NCBI GenBank assembly: GCA_035564175.1 | Contig: DATMUM010000088.1 | Location: forward strand, 53,529-117,528 | From: Mobilitalea sp. | Lineage (GTDB): Bacteria > Bacillota > Clostridia > Lachnospirales > Lachnospiraceae | Length of the DNA stretch: 64,000 bases | Reading direction: 5' to 3' | Part shown: in pieces, positions 41,591 to 52,267 of the stretch | Position numbering within the stretch: position 1 is the stretch's first letter | How the letters are laid out: the number at the start of each line of letters is the position of its first letter | Position numbers and translations under genes: made by a program | The notes under the pieces: generated by a model | Database searches by the model: none | What the model saw: only the letters and a program-made list of their open reading frames with translations | Told to the model about the DNA's origin: nothing

Positions 41591-42178
41591 ATGCGGATAG
41601 GATTGTTAAGGCATTTTAAAGTTAATTGTCCTCATATAAAAATGATGACTTCCGAAGAATTTCGTGAATGGTCTGAAAAATATGAGGTTTCTAAAGTGAT
41701 AAAGAAAAAGGTAGAAATGTACGGAATAGAATGGGATATCTGCTATGCCAGTGATTTACCCCGTGCAATTACTACTGCTAAGGAAGTATATAGCGGAAAT
41801 GTGATGATAGATAAGCTGCTGCGGGAAGTTGATAATGCACCTTTCATACATACGGAACGAATCAAGCTTCCCTTTGAGATTTGGCATATCTGCGGAAGAC
41901 TAGCCTGGTATTTTAAATCCAAGAGCCAGCCGGAAACAATTAGTGATACCAGAAAAAGAATCAATGACTTTTTGGATCATATTGATTGGTCGAAGAAGAA
42001 TATTCTTATCGTTTTCCATGGCTTCATGCTTTATAATTTTCAGAAAGAATTGCGTAAACGCGGTTTTCAGGGTGAAAAGCTTAAGATTGTAAAGAACGGT
42101 GTATTATATGAATATATAAGACAGGAAGAACACGAGGAAATACTGGATCATGAAGATAACACTGATTTGTGTGGGTAA
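41591..42178 (+). CDS. Histidine phosphatase superfamily protein
   Basis: LLRH, SDLPRA..TA, LLREV, LIVFHG; RBS GGAG before ATG 41591. Confidence 0.8.
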   Translation: MRIGLLRHFKVNCPHIKMMTSEEFREWSEKYEVSKVIKKKVEMYGIEWDICYASDLPRAITTAKEVYSGNVMIDKLLREVDNAPFIHTERIKLPFEIWHICGRLAWYFKSKSQPETISDTRKRINDFLDHIDWSKKNILIVFHGFMLYNFQKELRKRGFQGEKLKIVKNGVLYEYIRQEEHEEILDHEDNTDLCG

Positions 42179-42629
42179 ATTGAAGGAAAAGTATCTGACT
42201 CAGGGTGTGGAGGAATACACGAAACGGCTGAGCAGGTATTGCACTTTGGAAACGATTGAATTAGCGGATGAGAAGACACCAGATAATGCCTCGGAGGCAC
42301 TTGAGGATATCATTAAGAAGAAAGAAGGCGAGCGGATCCTCAAGTCGATCAAAGAGGATTCCTACTGTATCGCCTTAGCAATCGAAGGCAATATGCTTTC
42401 CTCCGAAGAGCTGGCTGGGAAAATCGATTCACTGGGACTATCCGGTAATAGCCATATCACCTTTGTGATCGGCGGTTCTTTAGGTCTTTCGGATGAAGTA
42501 TTAAAAAGAGCAGAATATAAACTGAGTTTTTCAAAAATGACATTTCCGCATCAGCTGATGCGTATGATATTATTAGAGCAGGTTTACCGTGCTTACCGGA
42601 TTATCAATAACCAACCGTACCATAAATAA
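42150..42629 (+). CDS. rlmH: 23S rRNA (pseudouridine1915-N3)-methyltransferase
   Basis: [42 protein letters not shown]. Confidence 0.97.
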   Translation: MKITLICVGKLKEKYLTQGVEEYTKRLSRYCTLETIELADEKTPDNASEALEDIIKKKEGERILKSIKEDSYCIALAIEGNMLSSEELAGKIDSLGLSGNSHITFVIGGSLGLSDEVLKRAEYKLSFSKMTFPHQLMRMILLEQVYRAYRIINNQPYHK

Positions 42630-42762
42630 AATATAATAATTCACTTCTTAATAAACTTGCAGAATACAAAACAACAAAGCGGAGCAGATTCTACTGGTCG
42701 TGTGAGCAGAAAATGAGTTTACTGTAACTTGGGTGTTATCGTCATAAAAGGAGGGTTAAGAA

Positions 42763-43242
42763 ATGAATACAATTGATTTTGCAATTAATATGGAACGGGA
42801 AGGGCAGAAATTTTATCTGGAACAGGCTGAATTAAACAAGGAGAATGAGCTTCATAAGGTGTTTTTGATACTTGCGGATGCGGAGAAAGAGCATATTAAT
42901 CTATTAAAAAAAAGAAAACAGCTAGAACCGATTGTGTTAAATGATAAGTTAAGAAGATTGGATATGAAAAAGGCATTCAAGGAAATCAAGGATTGCCGAA
43001 AAGATCGTAAAGAAAAGCAACTGGATATATACCGCCTGGCATATGCACAGGAGGAAAAAAGCATCTGTCTGTATTTTGATCTGCTGACGAAAACATCAGT
43101 TCCTGAAAACGTTGAGCTATATACTTATTTAATTCAACAGGAGAAGGAACATCGGAACTTGTTTGAGGATCTCGTGATTTTACTTACCAGACCCGAGGAA
43201 TGGGTAGAATCGGCGGAGTTCGGTGAGAGAGAAGAATATTAA
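42763..43242 (+). CDS. Ferritin-like (rubrerythrin family) protein
   Basis: FAINME..G..FY, EKEH, A...EEKS..LY, EKEH, WVESAEFG. Confidence 0.85.
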   Translation: MNTIDFAINMEREGQKFYLEQAELNKENELHKVFLILADAEKEHINLLKKRKQLEPIVLNDKLRRLDMKKAFKEIKDCRKDRKEKQLDIYRLAYAQEEKSICLYFDLLTKTSVPENVELYTYLIQQEKEHRNLFEDLVILLTRPEEWVESAEFGEREEY

Positions 43243-43273
43243 TCAGATATTTCTGTATGAGTTATGAAAGCAT

Positions 43274-43337
43274 CGAATTTCCATTAGCTATGATTATGCA
43301 GCCAGCGAATTTCCATTAGCTATGATTATGCAGCCAG
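43274..43337. repeat. Perfect 32-bp tandem duplication
   Basis: CGAATTTCCATTAGCTATGATTATGCAGCCAG x2. Confidence 0.92.
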
Positions 43338-43468
43338 CGGTATAGATTATCTTAAGGGAAGTCAGCAGAATGTAAGTGGGCAGCATTATGTATTAGTTAC
43401 TACGGAAGAATAGAACGCTGGACCTGATATAGCCTGCTTGACATAATATGAAGAATTAAAATTAAAAT

Positions 43469-43569
43469 ACTCCGGCCTGTAGTATAGATATTTTCTCTTA
43501 TGGCAGACAGCTTCACTATGAACTGTTTACCAAAGGGAGAGTATATCTAAACTGCAGCCGGAGTTTTTT
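43469..43569 (+). terminator. About 100-nt interrupted hairpin ending in a T-run
   Basis: ACTCCGGC...TAGATAT..TCTC...ACAG / CTGT...GAGA.TATATCTA...GCCGGAGT-TTTTT. Confidence 0.65.
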
Positions 43570-43770
43570 GTAGTCAGCATATTTTCCATGCTCTGTACAG
43601 CATTGAATTTTATTGGGAAGTAAGCAGGCTGTATGCCAGATTAAAATGACTTAAAAATTAAAATAGAAGTCTCATAATTGAAATTTTATTTAATCATTAT
43701 TTATTATAATATGATTGTATCAATGTGTAAATTTAATTGTATACATAAATTTGTGATATAGGAGAAAGTT

Positions 43771-44181
43771 ATGATACGATTATATGCTAAGGAGTTATGC
43801 ATCTGGAGGTAGGATGCTCGGAAGCGATGGAAGTTAAGCATGGACTGGAGGGTTATCTGAGGGTAATTCCAATTACAGATATTTCATGACAAAATCAACG
43901 GTAAGATAATAAATAGCGGAGCCGATTGGTATACTGAGAAAGTTAGCAGATGCTCCCAGGTTTATGCAAAGTACTTATTGCAGACCAAAGACGGAGAGTA
44001 TATTGCTATTGAAAATGAAGGAACCCTCGAATAGGATAAGGCTTATGTCATTAAAACTACTCCAAGATTTACAGCAGATGAAAAGGGAAAATACGGCTGG
44101 CTTAACTATGGGATATACATAGAAAGCCTTGAGGGTAAGGAAGGTTATGCAATTGATATAAGGATTCATAAATTATTATAA
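43771..44181 (+). pseudogene. DUF3237 (UPF0311) family pseudogene
   Basis: Fragments LRVIPIT, INGKIINSGADW, AKYLLQTKDGEYIAIENEG*, KTTPRF...GKYGWLN with frameshifts and an in-frame TAG. Confidence 0.8.
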
Positions 44182-44240
44182 TGAAAAATCTATTAACTTT
44201 ACGGATATTGATATCGCATGTCGGTAGAATGGAGGTTTAT

Positions 44241-45959
44241 ATGCAGAAAAAATCATTTATAAAGAAAATGATTAGATACATGATGATACTGATGGGATTA
44301 TTGCTGTTGACTCTGGTTGTATTTTTTGCATCCTCCTATTATATCTTGAAGCAGGAAATATTCCAGTCTTCTGAAAATTTCCTGAAAGTATACGGCAATG
44401 ATCTGACCAACAGAATAGATAAGATGGATGTAATTCTCAAGAACCTGATCTACCAGAATGTTAATCTGGCGTTGATCCGGAGTGAGAATGAGGCTGATCG
44501 GCTATATGCTTCCATACATTTGCGTGATTATATGGATGAGCTGGAACTATATGATAATAGTGCGGACGCAATTATAATAGCCGACAGCACACATAATATC
44601 TGTCTGGATTCCGTTCAAAAAAATATAAATTATCAACAAAAGCAGGATTTAAGGGATTTTTCGATGGAACAGGCAACCCGAAAGGACAAAATTACTGCTT
44701 CCTGGGAATTTATAAAACGAGGGAATATAACCTATCTATATAAAATGTATCAGTATGATCATCGGGTAATCGCAGTCTTTTTAAAAACAAAGACTTTTCT
44801 TGGTTCAATTCCGGAGGGTGACTATGGGGAACGAGCCTTTGTATTAATCGATTCGTCGAAAATGACGAAAGGCTTTTTTGGCAGTGACATAGTACAAAAA
44901 GACATGGATGCTCCTATTGATACGGTTGGAAATAATAAAGTTTTTCAAATAAATCATTCTTTAGTAAAAGGTCAGGTGGACTTAGTCTGCTTTGTAAGTA
45001 AAGGAAGCATATTGAAGCAGGCACAGCTGGGTATGGTACTTGCCCTGGCAGTCATTCTTAGTACCTTGTTATTTGTTCTATTTTATATTCTTTACACGAG
45101 GAAAGAATTAATTACCCCGATGAATGAGATGGTGAAAGGCATGGAACGCATCAGGCAGGGGGAATATAATCATAGAATGGAAGGCGATTGTGATAACAAA
45201 GAATTTGCCCTTTTAAAATCGTCCTTTAATCATTTGATGGATGAGATTATCGGATTAAAAATAAAGTTTTATGAAAAAAGAATTGAATTACAGGAAACGG
45301 AATTAAAATGCATCCGCCTTCAAATTAAACCCCATTTTTTCCTGAATGCCATGTCTACTATATCAAGTCTCAGCAATCAGGGAAAATCAAAGCAGATCCA
45401 GGATTATATCGAGGCATTGTCAAAAAACATCCGATACATGTTTAAATCCGGTTTTCATACGGTACCTGTCAAGGAAGAGATTCAACATGTGCAGAACTAT
45501 TTTGAAATGCAGGAAATGAAATACCCAAACTGTATTTTCTATTACATTGAAATGCCAAAGGAGCTGGAGGAATGGGAAATTCCCCAGATGATTATCCACA
45601 CCATTATTGAAAATGAGTATAAATATGCCATATCAATTGATTCCACTTTATCGATTCTGATTAAAATTAGTCAAGTGAGCCATAGGGATCAGGAGATGCT
45701 TCTTATTGAAATTGAGGATGATGGGAAGGGATATCCCCAGTATGTTCTGGACTATATGAACGCAGTTATAGAGAAACCGTTAGAGGATGGCAGCAGAATC
45801 GGTCTATGGAGCATAAAGAGAATGATGGAACTTATGTATGAAAGAAATGATCTCGTCCAGCTGGAAAACATTGAACCTCACGGTTGTCTAAACAAAATAT
45901 ATGTACCGGCGAAGCCGGTGAATGAGTTGAATAGAGAAACGATACAAAATTATATTTAG
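44241..45959 (+). CDS. YesM/LytS-type sensor histidine kinase
   Basis: Two TMs, HAMP, LQIKPHFFLN, IIENEYKY, EDDGKG, IGL; RBS GGAGG before 44241. Confidence 0.92.
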   Translation: MQKKSFIKKMIRYMMILMGLLLLTLVVFFASSYYILKQEIFQSSENFLKVYGNDLTNRIDKMDVILKNLIYQNVNLALIRSENEADRLYASIHLRDYMDELELYDNSADAIIIADSTHNICLDSVQKNINYQQKQDLRDFSMEQATRKDKITASWEFIKRGNITYLYKMYQYDHRVIAVFLKTKTFLGSIPEGDYGERAFVLIDSSKMTKGFFGSDIVQKDMDAPIDTVGNNKVFQINHSLVKGQVDLVCFVSKGSILKQAQLGMVLALAVILSTLLFVLFYILYTRKELITPMNEMVKGMERIRQGEYNHRMEGDCDNKEFALLKSSFNHLMDEIIGLKIKFYEKRIELQETELKCIRLQIKPHFFLNAMSTISSLSNQGKSKQIQDYIEALSKNIRYMFKSGFHTVPVKEEIQHVQNYFEMQEMKYPNCIFYYIEMPKELEEWEIPQMIIHTIIENEYKYAISIDSTLSILIKISQVSHRDQEMLLIEIEDDGKGYPQYVLDYMNAVIEKPLEDGSRIGLWSIKRMMELMYERNDLVQLENIEPHGCLNKIYVPAKPVNELNRETIQNYI

Positions 45960-46008
45960 CTTGTATAAAAAGGGGAGAGGACTGCCTGGCAGCAGAACGG
46001 AGGTTAAT

Positions 46009-47589
46009 ATGCAGGTATTGATAGTGGATGATGATATTGCTACGGTTGAAGTAATACGTGACAAAGTCGGTTGGACAAACCTTGGTATTGATGAAGTATA
46101 TACAGCCTATAATATCAATAGTGCAAAGCTGATTTTGAAGGAAAAAAAAGTTGATATCATAGTCAGCGATATTGAAATGCCACAAGGTAGCGGTCTTGAA
46201 CTTCTCCAGTGGGTCAGGGAGCAGGAGATCGACTGTGAATTTTTACTATTAACCTGCCATGAGAATTTTGATTATGCAGCAAATGCAATCAGCTATAATG
46301 CGGCAGCCTATCTGACAAAGCCCTTTAATTCCAATGTAATGGAGCTTGCTTTGCAAAAGATGGTAACAAAGATCAGTAAAAATAAGGAATTACAGAAGAA
46401 CAGTGAGTATGGAGGCTGGCTGGCAAAGAATACAAAGCTCATTAAGCTGGATTTCTGGACCTCCCTATTTCATGGCTCTATTCCGGCGGACAAGATACGA
46501 ATCTCTGACGCAGTAAAAAATAGAAAGCTGTTGTTGAATCCAGAGGAAAAGTTCCGGTTTATTCTGACAAAGGTAACCAATTTCGAACAGGAAAAAGAAA
46601 AGTTTGGCGGAGGTTTATTTGAGTTTATTCTGGAAGGCTTTCATTCTGAGATTTTAAACAGCCAGGTGGAAAATGAAAATGTAATTAAGTATCTGGAGGG
46701 CAATAATTTTTACCTGTTAACCATTTGCCAGGAAAAGAACAGCAGTGTTCTGGAAGGGCATTGCAGAAGTTTAATCAGAACCTGCAGTAAATATTTTAAG
46801 TCCTCGATCACCTGCTGTATCAGTAACTTATATCCACTTGAGAATCTGGCTATGGCGAAGGAGAAGGTAGCGAGATTAGTTCAGCAGAACGTAGTATACT
46901 ATGGTCAAGTATTTCTGGAGCAGGATGCCTTAGTGAATACGTCGGATATGAATCAGATTCTGGACTTGGAGAAAATTACTGAGATGCTGAATGACAAGGA
47001 TAAAACAGGCATTCTCAATTATCATAAGGCTCTATATGAGAAAATGACAGGAGATAAGAAATTAAGTGAGCATGTCCTTTATCTGATCAAACAGGAGATG
47101 CTGCAGGTGGTATATGCCCATTTATTAAAGAAAGGCATTCATGCTACCAGATTATTTCATGATGAAACCTCCATCCGCTTATCCGAGAAAGCTTCACAAT
47201 CAACCGTTGATATGATGCGGTGGATTATTTATTTATTGGAAAGGACGTTCCAATATGAGGAAGAGGTTCAAAAGACTTCGACCATCATTGAGAAAATTAA
47301 TGACTATATCCATGGACATTACAAGGAGGAGATAGGACGGAATGAGATTGCAGCTGTGTTCTATCTGACTCCGGAGTATCTTGCTAAATTATATAAACGC
47401 AAAACCGGTAAATACCTGAATGATTACATCAGTGAATACCGAATTGAACAGGCAAAATTGCTTCTCTTAAGAAAGGATTTTCGTGTCAGTGATGTAGCTG
47501 AGGCCGTGGGTTTTGATAATTTTTCTTATTTTTCAACCATGTTTAAAAAGTATGTCGGTGTTACGCCGATGGAATATAGAAGAATTTAA
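46009..47589 (+). CDS. YesN-type response regulator (REC + AraC)
   Basis: LIVDDD, SDIEMP, YLTKP, GFDNFSYFSTMFKKYVGVTP. Confidence 0.93.
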   Translation: MQVLIVDDDIATVEVIRDKVGWTNLGIDEVYTAYNINSAKLILKEKKVDIIVSDIEMPQGSGLELLQWVREQEIDCEFLLLTCHENFDYAANAISYNAAAYLTKPFNSNVMELALQKMVTKISKNKELQKNSEYGGWLAKNTKLIKLDFWTSLFHGSIPADKIRISDAVKNRKLLLNPEEKFRFILTKVTNFEQEKEKFGGGLFEFILEGFHSEILNSQVENENVIKYLEGNNFYLLTICQEKNSSVLEGHCRSLIRTCSKYFKSSITCCISNLYPLENLAMAKEKVARLVQQNVVYYGQVFLEQDALVNTSDMNQILDLEKITEMLNDKDKTGILNYHKALYEKMTGDKKLSEHVLYLIKQEMLQVVYAHLLKKGIHATRLFHDETSIRLSEKASQSTVDMMRWIIYLLERTFQYEEEVQKTSTIIEKINDYIHGHYKEEIGRNEIAAVFYLTPEYLAKLYKRKTGKYLNDYISEYRIEQAKLLLLRKDFRVSDVAEAVGFDNFSYFSTMFKKYVGVTPMEYRRI

Positions 47590-47706
47590 AGCGGTTTCAT
47601 TGATAATAAGCATAGTCTTAAAATTAAAAAAGGGTGACTTGTTTTTGCAAGAGAAAACATTTGCCGATTGCTATACTTATATTATCAAAAAGAGGAGGTA
47701 ATTACT

Positions 47707-49272
47707 ATGAGAATAGTGAAAAGAATGATATCTATGATATTAGCTGCTACATTAGTGATTGGCTTAAGTGCTTGCAGTAATTCATCAAAAAGTAACTCAA
47801 ACAGTGGCACAAAGGGTGACGCCAACAGTACAGCAGATTCTGGCACAAACACTGCTGCTCCGGCTGATAAGACCTATGACAAGATTGTATATGCATATCT
47901 ATCCTTTAACAATATCCCGGAGGATGTATCGGAGGTAGAAGCTGCAATCAATCAGATTACAAGAGAAAAAATCGGTGTGGAAGTAACTTTGAAGCCGTAT
48001 AGTATTGCAGATTATACACAGCAGATTAATCTGGCATTACAGAGTGGCGAGCAGATTGATGTATTCCATTCCCTCGGTGATTTTAATCAGAGTGTAACAA
48101 GTCAGCAGGCATATGACATCACTGACATTATTGACTCCAGTGCAGCTGAAACAAAAGCATTGGTTGGAGATGCATGGCTTGAAGCAACCAGCCGTGAAGG
48201 CAGAATTTATGGTATTCCGGCATACAAGCCGATTGCGCTTACACCGATGCTGATTTACAGACAGGATATTGCCGATAAGCTCGGAATCGATATGACCAAG
48301 GTGAAAAGCATCAATGATGTAACTGATGTTTTTCGTAAAGTTAAGGAAGGAAAGCCAGATATGACACCATTTGCTCCTGTGTCTCCAGGAACTACCGGTG
48401 TGTTATATACCTTACCTGAAGTAGACAATTTGACAGATAGCTATGTTTCACCGAAGGGTGTTTTAATGCATGGAAATACAAATGTAATAGATTTATATGC
48501 TTCAGATGAATTTGCCAATGTATGTAATATTGTACGTACCTGGTACAATGAAGGCTTAATCATGCAGGACGCAGCAACAACAACCAGCGCCGCTGCCGAT
48601 CTTATGTCTTCCGGCAATTACTTCTCCTACATGGCAGCCTATAGTTATCCGCCTGAGGATACAGCAACATCCTTGGAAGGACAGACCGGTGGTAATGATC
48701 TAGGTGCAGTCCAATTAGGTGATGCTTATCTTGATACTACAACAGTTAATGCAATTACCTGGATGGTATCTTCAACCTGTAAGAAACCGGAAGCTGCGTT
48801 GAAATTCCTAAATCTTACTTATACCGATCCGGATGTAGTTAACTTAATTATTTATGGCATTGAAGGCAAGGATTATGTGAAGAATGCGGATGGTTCTGTA
48901 AAATATCCTGATGGAATGGATGCTGCTACCGTTCCTTATACTGCGCAGTTAAGCTGTGGTATTGTTGGTAACTTCTTCATTCAATATCCTTTCATTGCAT
49001 CCAATCCGGAATCTCTCAAATGGGAAGAGAATCAGAATAAGAATGCAAAAATGTCAGTGGCAATGGGCTTTACCTTTGACAATAGTAATGTAAAAACGGA
49101 GTATACCGCAGTTGAAAGTGTGATCAGTCAATATTTACCTGCGTTACAGTGCGGAAGCGTTGATCCGGCGGTAGAACTGCCTAACTTTATTGAGGCTTTG
49201 AAGTCTGCAGGAATGAATTCTATCATTGCTGAGAAACAAAAGCAGCTGGATGCATGGCTGGCAACAAAATAA
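47707..49272 (+). CDS. Carbohydrate ABC substrate-binding lipoprotein (DUF3502-type C-terminus)
   Basis: Lipobox LSAC; YGIEGKDY; GFTFD, LKSAG...IIAEKQKQLDAW. Confidence 0.9.
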   Translation: MRIVKRMISMILAATLVIGLSACSNSSKSNSNSGTKGDANSTADSGTNTAAPADKTYDKIVYAYLSFNNIPEDVSEVEAAINQITREKIGVEVTLKPYSIADYTQQINLALQSGEQIDVFHSLGDFNQSVTSQQAYDITDIIDSSAAETKALVGDAWLEATSREGRIYGIPAYKPIALTPMLIYRQDIADKLGIDMTKVKSINDVTDVFRKVKEGKPDMTPFAPVSPGTTGVLYTLPEVDNLTDSYVSPKGVLMHGNTNVIDLYASDEFANVCNIVRTWYNEGLIMQDAATTTSAAADLMSSGNYFSYMAAYSYPPEDTATSLEGQTGGNDLGAVQLGDAYLDTTTVNAITWMVSSTCKKPEAALKFLNLTYTDPDVVNLIIYGIEGKDYVKNADGSVKYPDGMDAATVPYTAQLSCGIVGNFFIQYPFIASNPESLKWEENQNKNAKMSVAMGFTFDNSNVKTEYTAVESVISQYLPALQCGSVDPAVELPNFIEALKSAGMNSIIAEKQKQLDAWLATK

Positions 49273-49295
49273 GAAATGATTCATGAGGTGAAGAT

Positions 49296-50228
49296 ATGAT
49301 AAGCGCAAAGAAAAAGATAAAGAAACAAGGATATGCTAAGTCAGGTCCATTGTTACTTATTGCTTTACCCGGTATCTTGTATCTGCTTATTAATAATTAT
49401 ATTCCGATGTTTGGTGTTTTCCTTGCGTTTAAAGATTTTAACTACGTAAAGGGTGTGTTCGGAAGTGACTGGAACGGATTTAAGAACTTCCGCTTTCTGT
49501 TTAAGACCCGTGACGCGATTATCATGACACGAAACACGATATTGTATAATGTGGCATTTATTGTTATCGGTACCGTAGTGGCTATTATTGTAGCAATCCT
49601 GTTATTTGAACTGGGTACGCATATAAAGGTTAAGTTAATCCAGTCCGCCCTGTTACTTCCGAACCTTTTATCCTGGGTTATTATCAGCTTCATTGGTTTT
49701 GCATTTTTGAATTCCGATACAGGTTTTATCAACAACACACTGATTAAGCTGTTCCATGGACAACCGGTAGCCTGGTATACGCAGGCGAAGTATTGGCCCC
49801 TTATTCTGGTTTTTGTATTCCTTTGGAAAACAACGGGATATAGCGCAATTATTTATATGGCCAGTATTGCTGGTATTGATAAAGGTATTTTTGAAGCTGC
49901 CAAGTTAGATGGAGCGAATAAGATCAAGCAAATTATCTATATCACTGTTCCAATGTTAAAATCAACCATTGTTATTTTAGCACTTATGTCTGTAGGAAGA
50001 ATATTCTATTCTGATTTTGGCTTGTTTTATCAGGTACCTATGAACTCCGGTGTAATATTTAATGTAACTCAGACGATCGATACCTATGTATATCGCGGGC
50101 TGATGCAGTTACATGATGTCGGGATGGCAGCAGCAGCGGGTCTGTATCAGTCAGTGGCCGGATTTACCCTGGTAATGGTTGCCAATGGATTGGTACGTAA
50201 ATTTGATAAAGAAAATGCATTATTTTAG
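49296..50228 (+). CDS. Sugar ABC permease (LplB-like)
   Basis: YIPMFG...AFKDF, WNGFKNF, EAAKLDGA, TIDTYVYR. Confidence 0.92.
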   Translation: MISAKKKIKKQGYAKSGPLLLIALPGILYLLINNYIPMFGVFLAFKDFNYVKGVFGSDWNGFKNFRFLFKTRDAIIMTRNTILYNVAFIVIGTVVAIIVAILLFELGTHIKVKLIQSALLLPNLLSWVIISFIGFAFLNSDTGFINNTLIKLFHGQPVAWYTQAKYWPLILVFVFLWKTTGYSAIIYMASIAGIDKGIFEAAKLDGANKIKQIIYITVPMLKSTIVILALMSVGRIFYSDFGLFYQVPMNSGVIFNVTQTIDTYVYRGLMQLHDVGMAAAAGLYQSVAGFTLVMVANGLVRKFDKENALF

Positions 50229-50240
50229 GAGGCAGTCATT

Positions 50241-51134
50241 ATGAGAAGATTATCCGATGAAAAGAAATTTCAATTAATTGCATCAATCATATTGGTAATC
50301 CTGGCCTTGATTGCATTACTGCCGATTGCTCTAATTGTAATAGCATCCTTTACCGATGAGAAAACCCTTTTGGCAAACGGTTATTCCTACCTTCCGAAGA
50401 AGCTGAGCCTGGATGCATACTATTATATGGTGAAGCAGGGAGCGATCATATTCAGAGCCTATGGAATTTCAATCCTGGTAACCGTGGTTGGAACCTTCCT
50501 GAGTGTAATGCTTACTACAATGATAGCGTATCCAATGTCAAGAAAAAACTTTAAATATGCAGGATTACTGGCCTTCTTCGTATTCTTCACCATGCTGTTT
50601 AATGGAGGTATTGTATCCTCTTATATGTTGTGGTCCAGGTTCTTCCATATCAAAAATACCATATGGGCTCTCATAATACCGAATTATCTGGTAACCGGAT
50701 TTAATATTTTTCTTGTAAAGAATTATTACTTGAACGGAATACCTGATTCACTCATTGAATCAGCACAAATTGACGGAGCCACAGAGTTGACTATTTTTCG
50801 TAAGATCATGTTCCCTCTGGCAGTGCCAACGGTTGCAACCATCAGCTTATTTACTGCATTGGGTTATTGGAATGACTGGATTAATGGTTTGTATTACATA
50901 ACGAATCCAAATTTCTTCGGTATTCAAAACCTGTTAATCCGCATTATGAATAATATTCAATTTTTAAAATCAGGTACGATAACCAATGTGCTGGGAACTG
51001 GGGCAGTGGAGCTCCCGAGTACTGCAGTACGTATGGCGATGGCTGTGATCGGAATACTTCCGATCGTAGTGATATATCCCTTTTTGCAGAAGCATTTTAT
51101 TAAAGGTGTTGTTATAGGAGCTGTAAAAGGCTGA
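50241..51134 (+). CDS. Sugar ABC permease (LplC-like)
   Basis: FTMLFNGG, ESAQIDGA, YWNDW, YPFLQKHFIKG...GAVKG. Confidence 0.92.
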   Translation: MRRLSDEKKFQLIASIILVILALIALLPIALIVIASFTDEKTLLANGYSYLPKKLSLDAYYYMVKQGAIIFRAYGISILVTVVGTFLSVMLTTMIAYPMSRKNFKYAGLLAFFVFFTMLFNGGIVSSYMLWSRFFHIKNTIWALIIPNYLVTGFNIFLVKNYYLNGIPDSLIESAQIDGATELTIFRKIMFPLAVPTVATISLFTALGYWNDWINGLYYITNPNFFGIQNLLIRIMNNIQFLKSGTITNVLGTGAVELPSTAVRMAMAVIGILPIVVIYPFLQKHFIKGVVIGAVKG

Positions 51135-51137
51135 TGA

Positions 51138-51178
51138 AAAGAAGGGCATACAGAGACAGCTTCTGTAGGTCCTTCTTT
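51138..51178 (+). terminator. Stem-loop after ABC permease genes
   Basis: AAAGAAGGGCATACAGA...TCTGTAGGTCCTTCTTT. Confidence 0.55.
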
Positions 51179-51332
51179 ATAAATAGAGATGACAGATGGG
51201 AGATGGACTGCATCCGAATGCTACGGGTGGAAAGAAAATGGCAGATGCGGTTCCTATGGAATGGTTTATGTAAATTAAATAAAAATGGAACGTGAAGAAT
51301 TCACATATGGCATGTGCAGGAATGGAGAATAT

Positions 51333-52157
51333 ATGACAGTAAAAGAAGTAATTGACGCAATGATAAAAAAGACAGGACTTGAGGCTTTTCCACAAGCAGA
51401 AACCTGCGACCGTCTGATGACGGGAAGCTACGATATGGAGGTCACAAAGATTGTAACTACATTTATGGCTACGGTGGAAGTAATTCAGAAGGCAATTGAT
51501 ATCGGTGCCAACTTCATTATTACCCATGAACCAACATGGTTTACAGGAATGGATGCAACAGAGTGGTTGGAAAATGATCCTGTTTATGTCAAAAAACGAA
51601 AGTTGATTGAAGAAAACAAAATTACCATCTGGAGATTTCATGACCATATGCATATGGGAAATGAGGATGGTATTTACCGTGGCTTTGATTTGGAATTTGA
51701 CTGGGCAAAGTATAAAATACAAAACTCTGAGGACTATAAACACTTTGGAGTCTGTTATCAGATACCAGTAATTTCATTAGAAGAGCTTAGCCGCTACTTT
51801 AAAGAAAAACTGGATATGCAGGTGGTACGGATCGTTGGAAATCACAAAATGAAGGTAGAGCGAGTTGGTGTGCTTGTTGGCGGAGGAAGCCTCGGACTTG
51901 GAGTAGAGGAGCTGCCTATGATAATAATGCATCAAAATAATCTGGATCTGCTGATCTGCGGTGAAATTACCGAATGGACAATAAGTGCATATGTCAGAGA
52001 TGCAGCTGCGCTGGGAATGAACAAGGGAATGCTTATACTCGGACATGAGCGTAGCGAAGAAGTAGGAATGAAGCACTTAGGTAGTTGGATGAAGGAGATT
52101 ACCGGTGACATTGAAATCCAATTTATAGATGCTGGAGAACCGTTCTTATATTTATAA
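51333..52157 (+). CDS. Nif3-like dinuclear metal centre protein
   Basis: IITHEPT, RFHDHMH, CGE, GHERSEE.GM motifs; RBS GGAG before ATG 51333. Confidence 0.88.
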   Translation: MTVKEVIDAMIKKTGLEAFPQAETCDRLMTGSYDMEVTKIVTTFMATVEVIQKAIDIGANFIITHEPTWFTGMDATEWLENDPVYVKKRKLIEENKITIWRFHDHMHMGNEDGIYRGFDLEFDWAKYKIQNSEDYKHFGVCYQIPVISLEELSRYFKEKLDMQVVRIVGNHKMKVERVGVLVGGGSLGLGVEELPMIIMHQNNLDLLICGEITEWTISAYVRDAAALGMNKGMLILGHERSEEVGMKHLGSWMKEITGDIEIQFIDAGEPFLYL

Positions 52158-52267
52158 TATAGGAACTGGTATCGAGAAGAAAATAACTTAAAATTCTTTC
52201 CGGCTTCACACAGGGGATAATAATATAAAGTCATTGTGCAAATACCAGCACAGGAATGGAGGAAAAT

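Noticed and set aside
42612-42760. SCC-like att site or integrated element at the rlmH 3' end
   Set aside because: No recombinase and no duplicated rlmH end visible in the window
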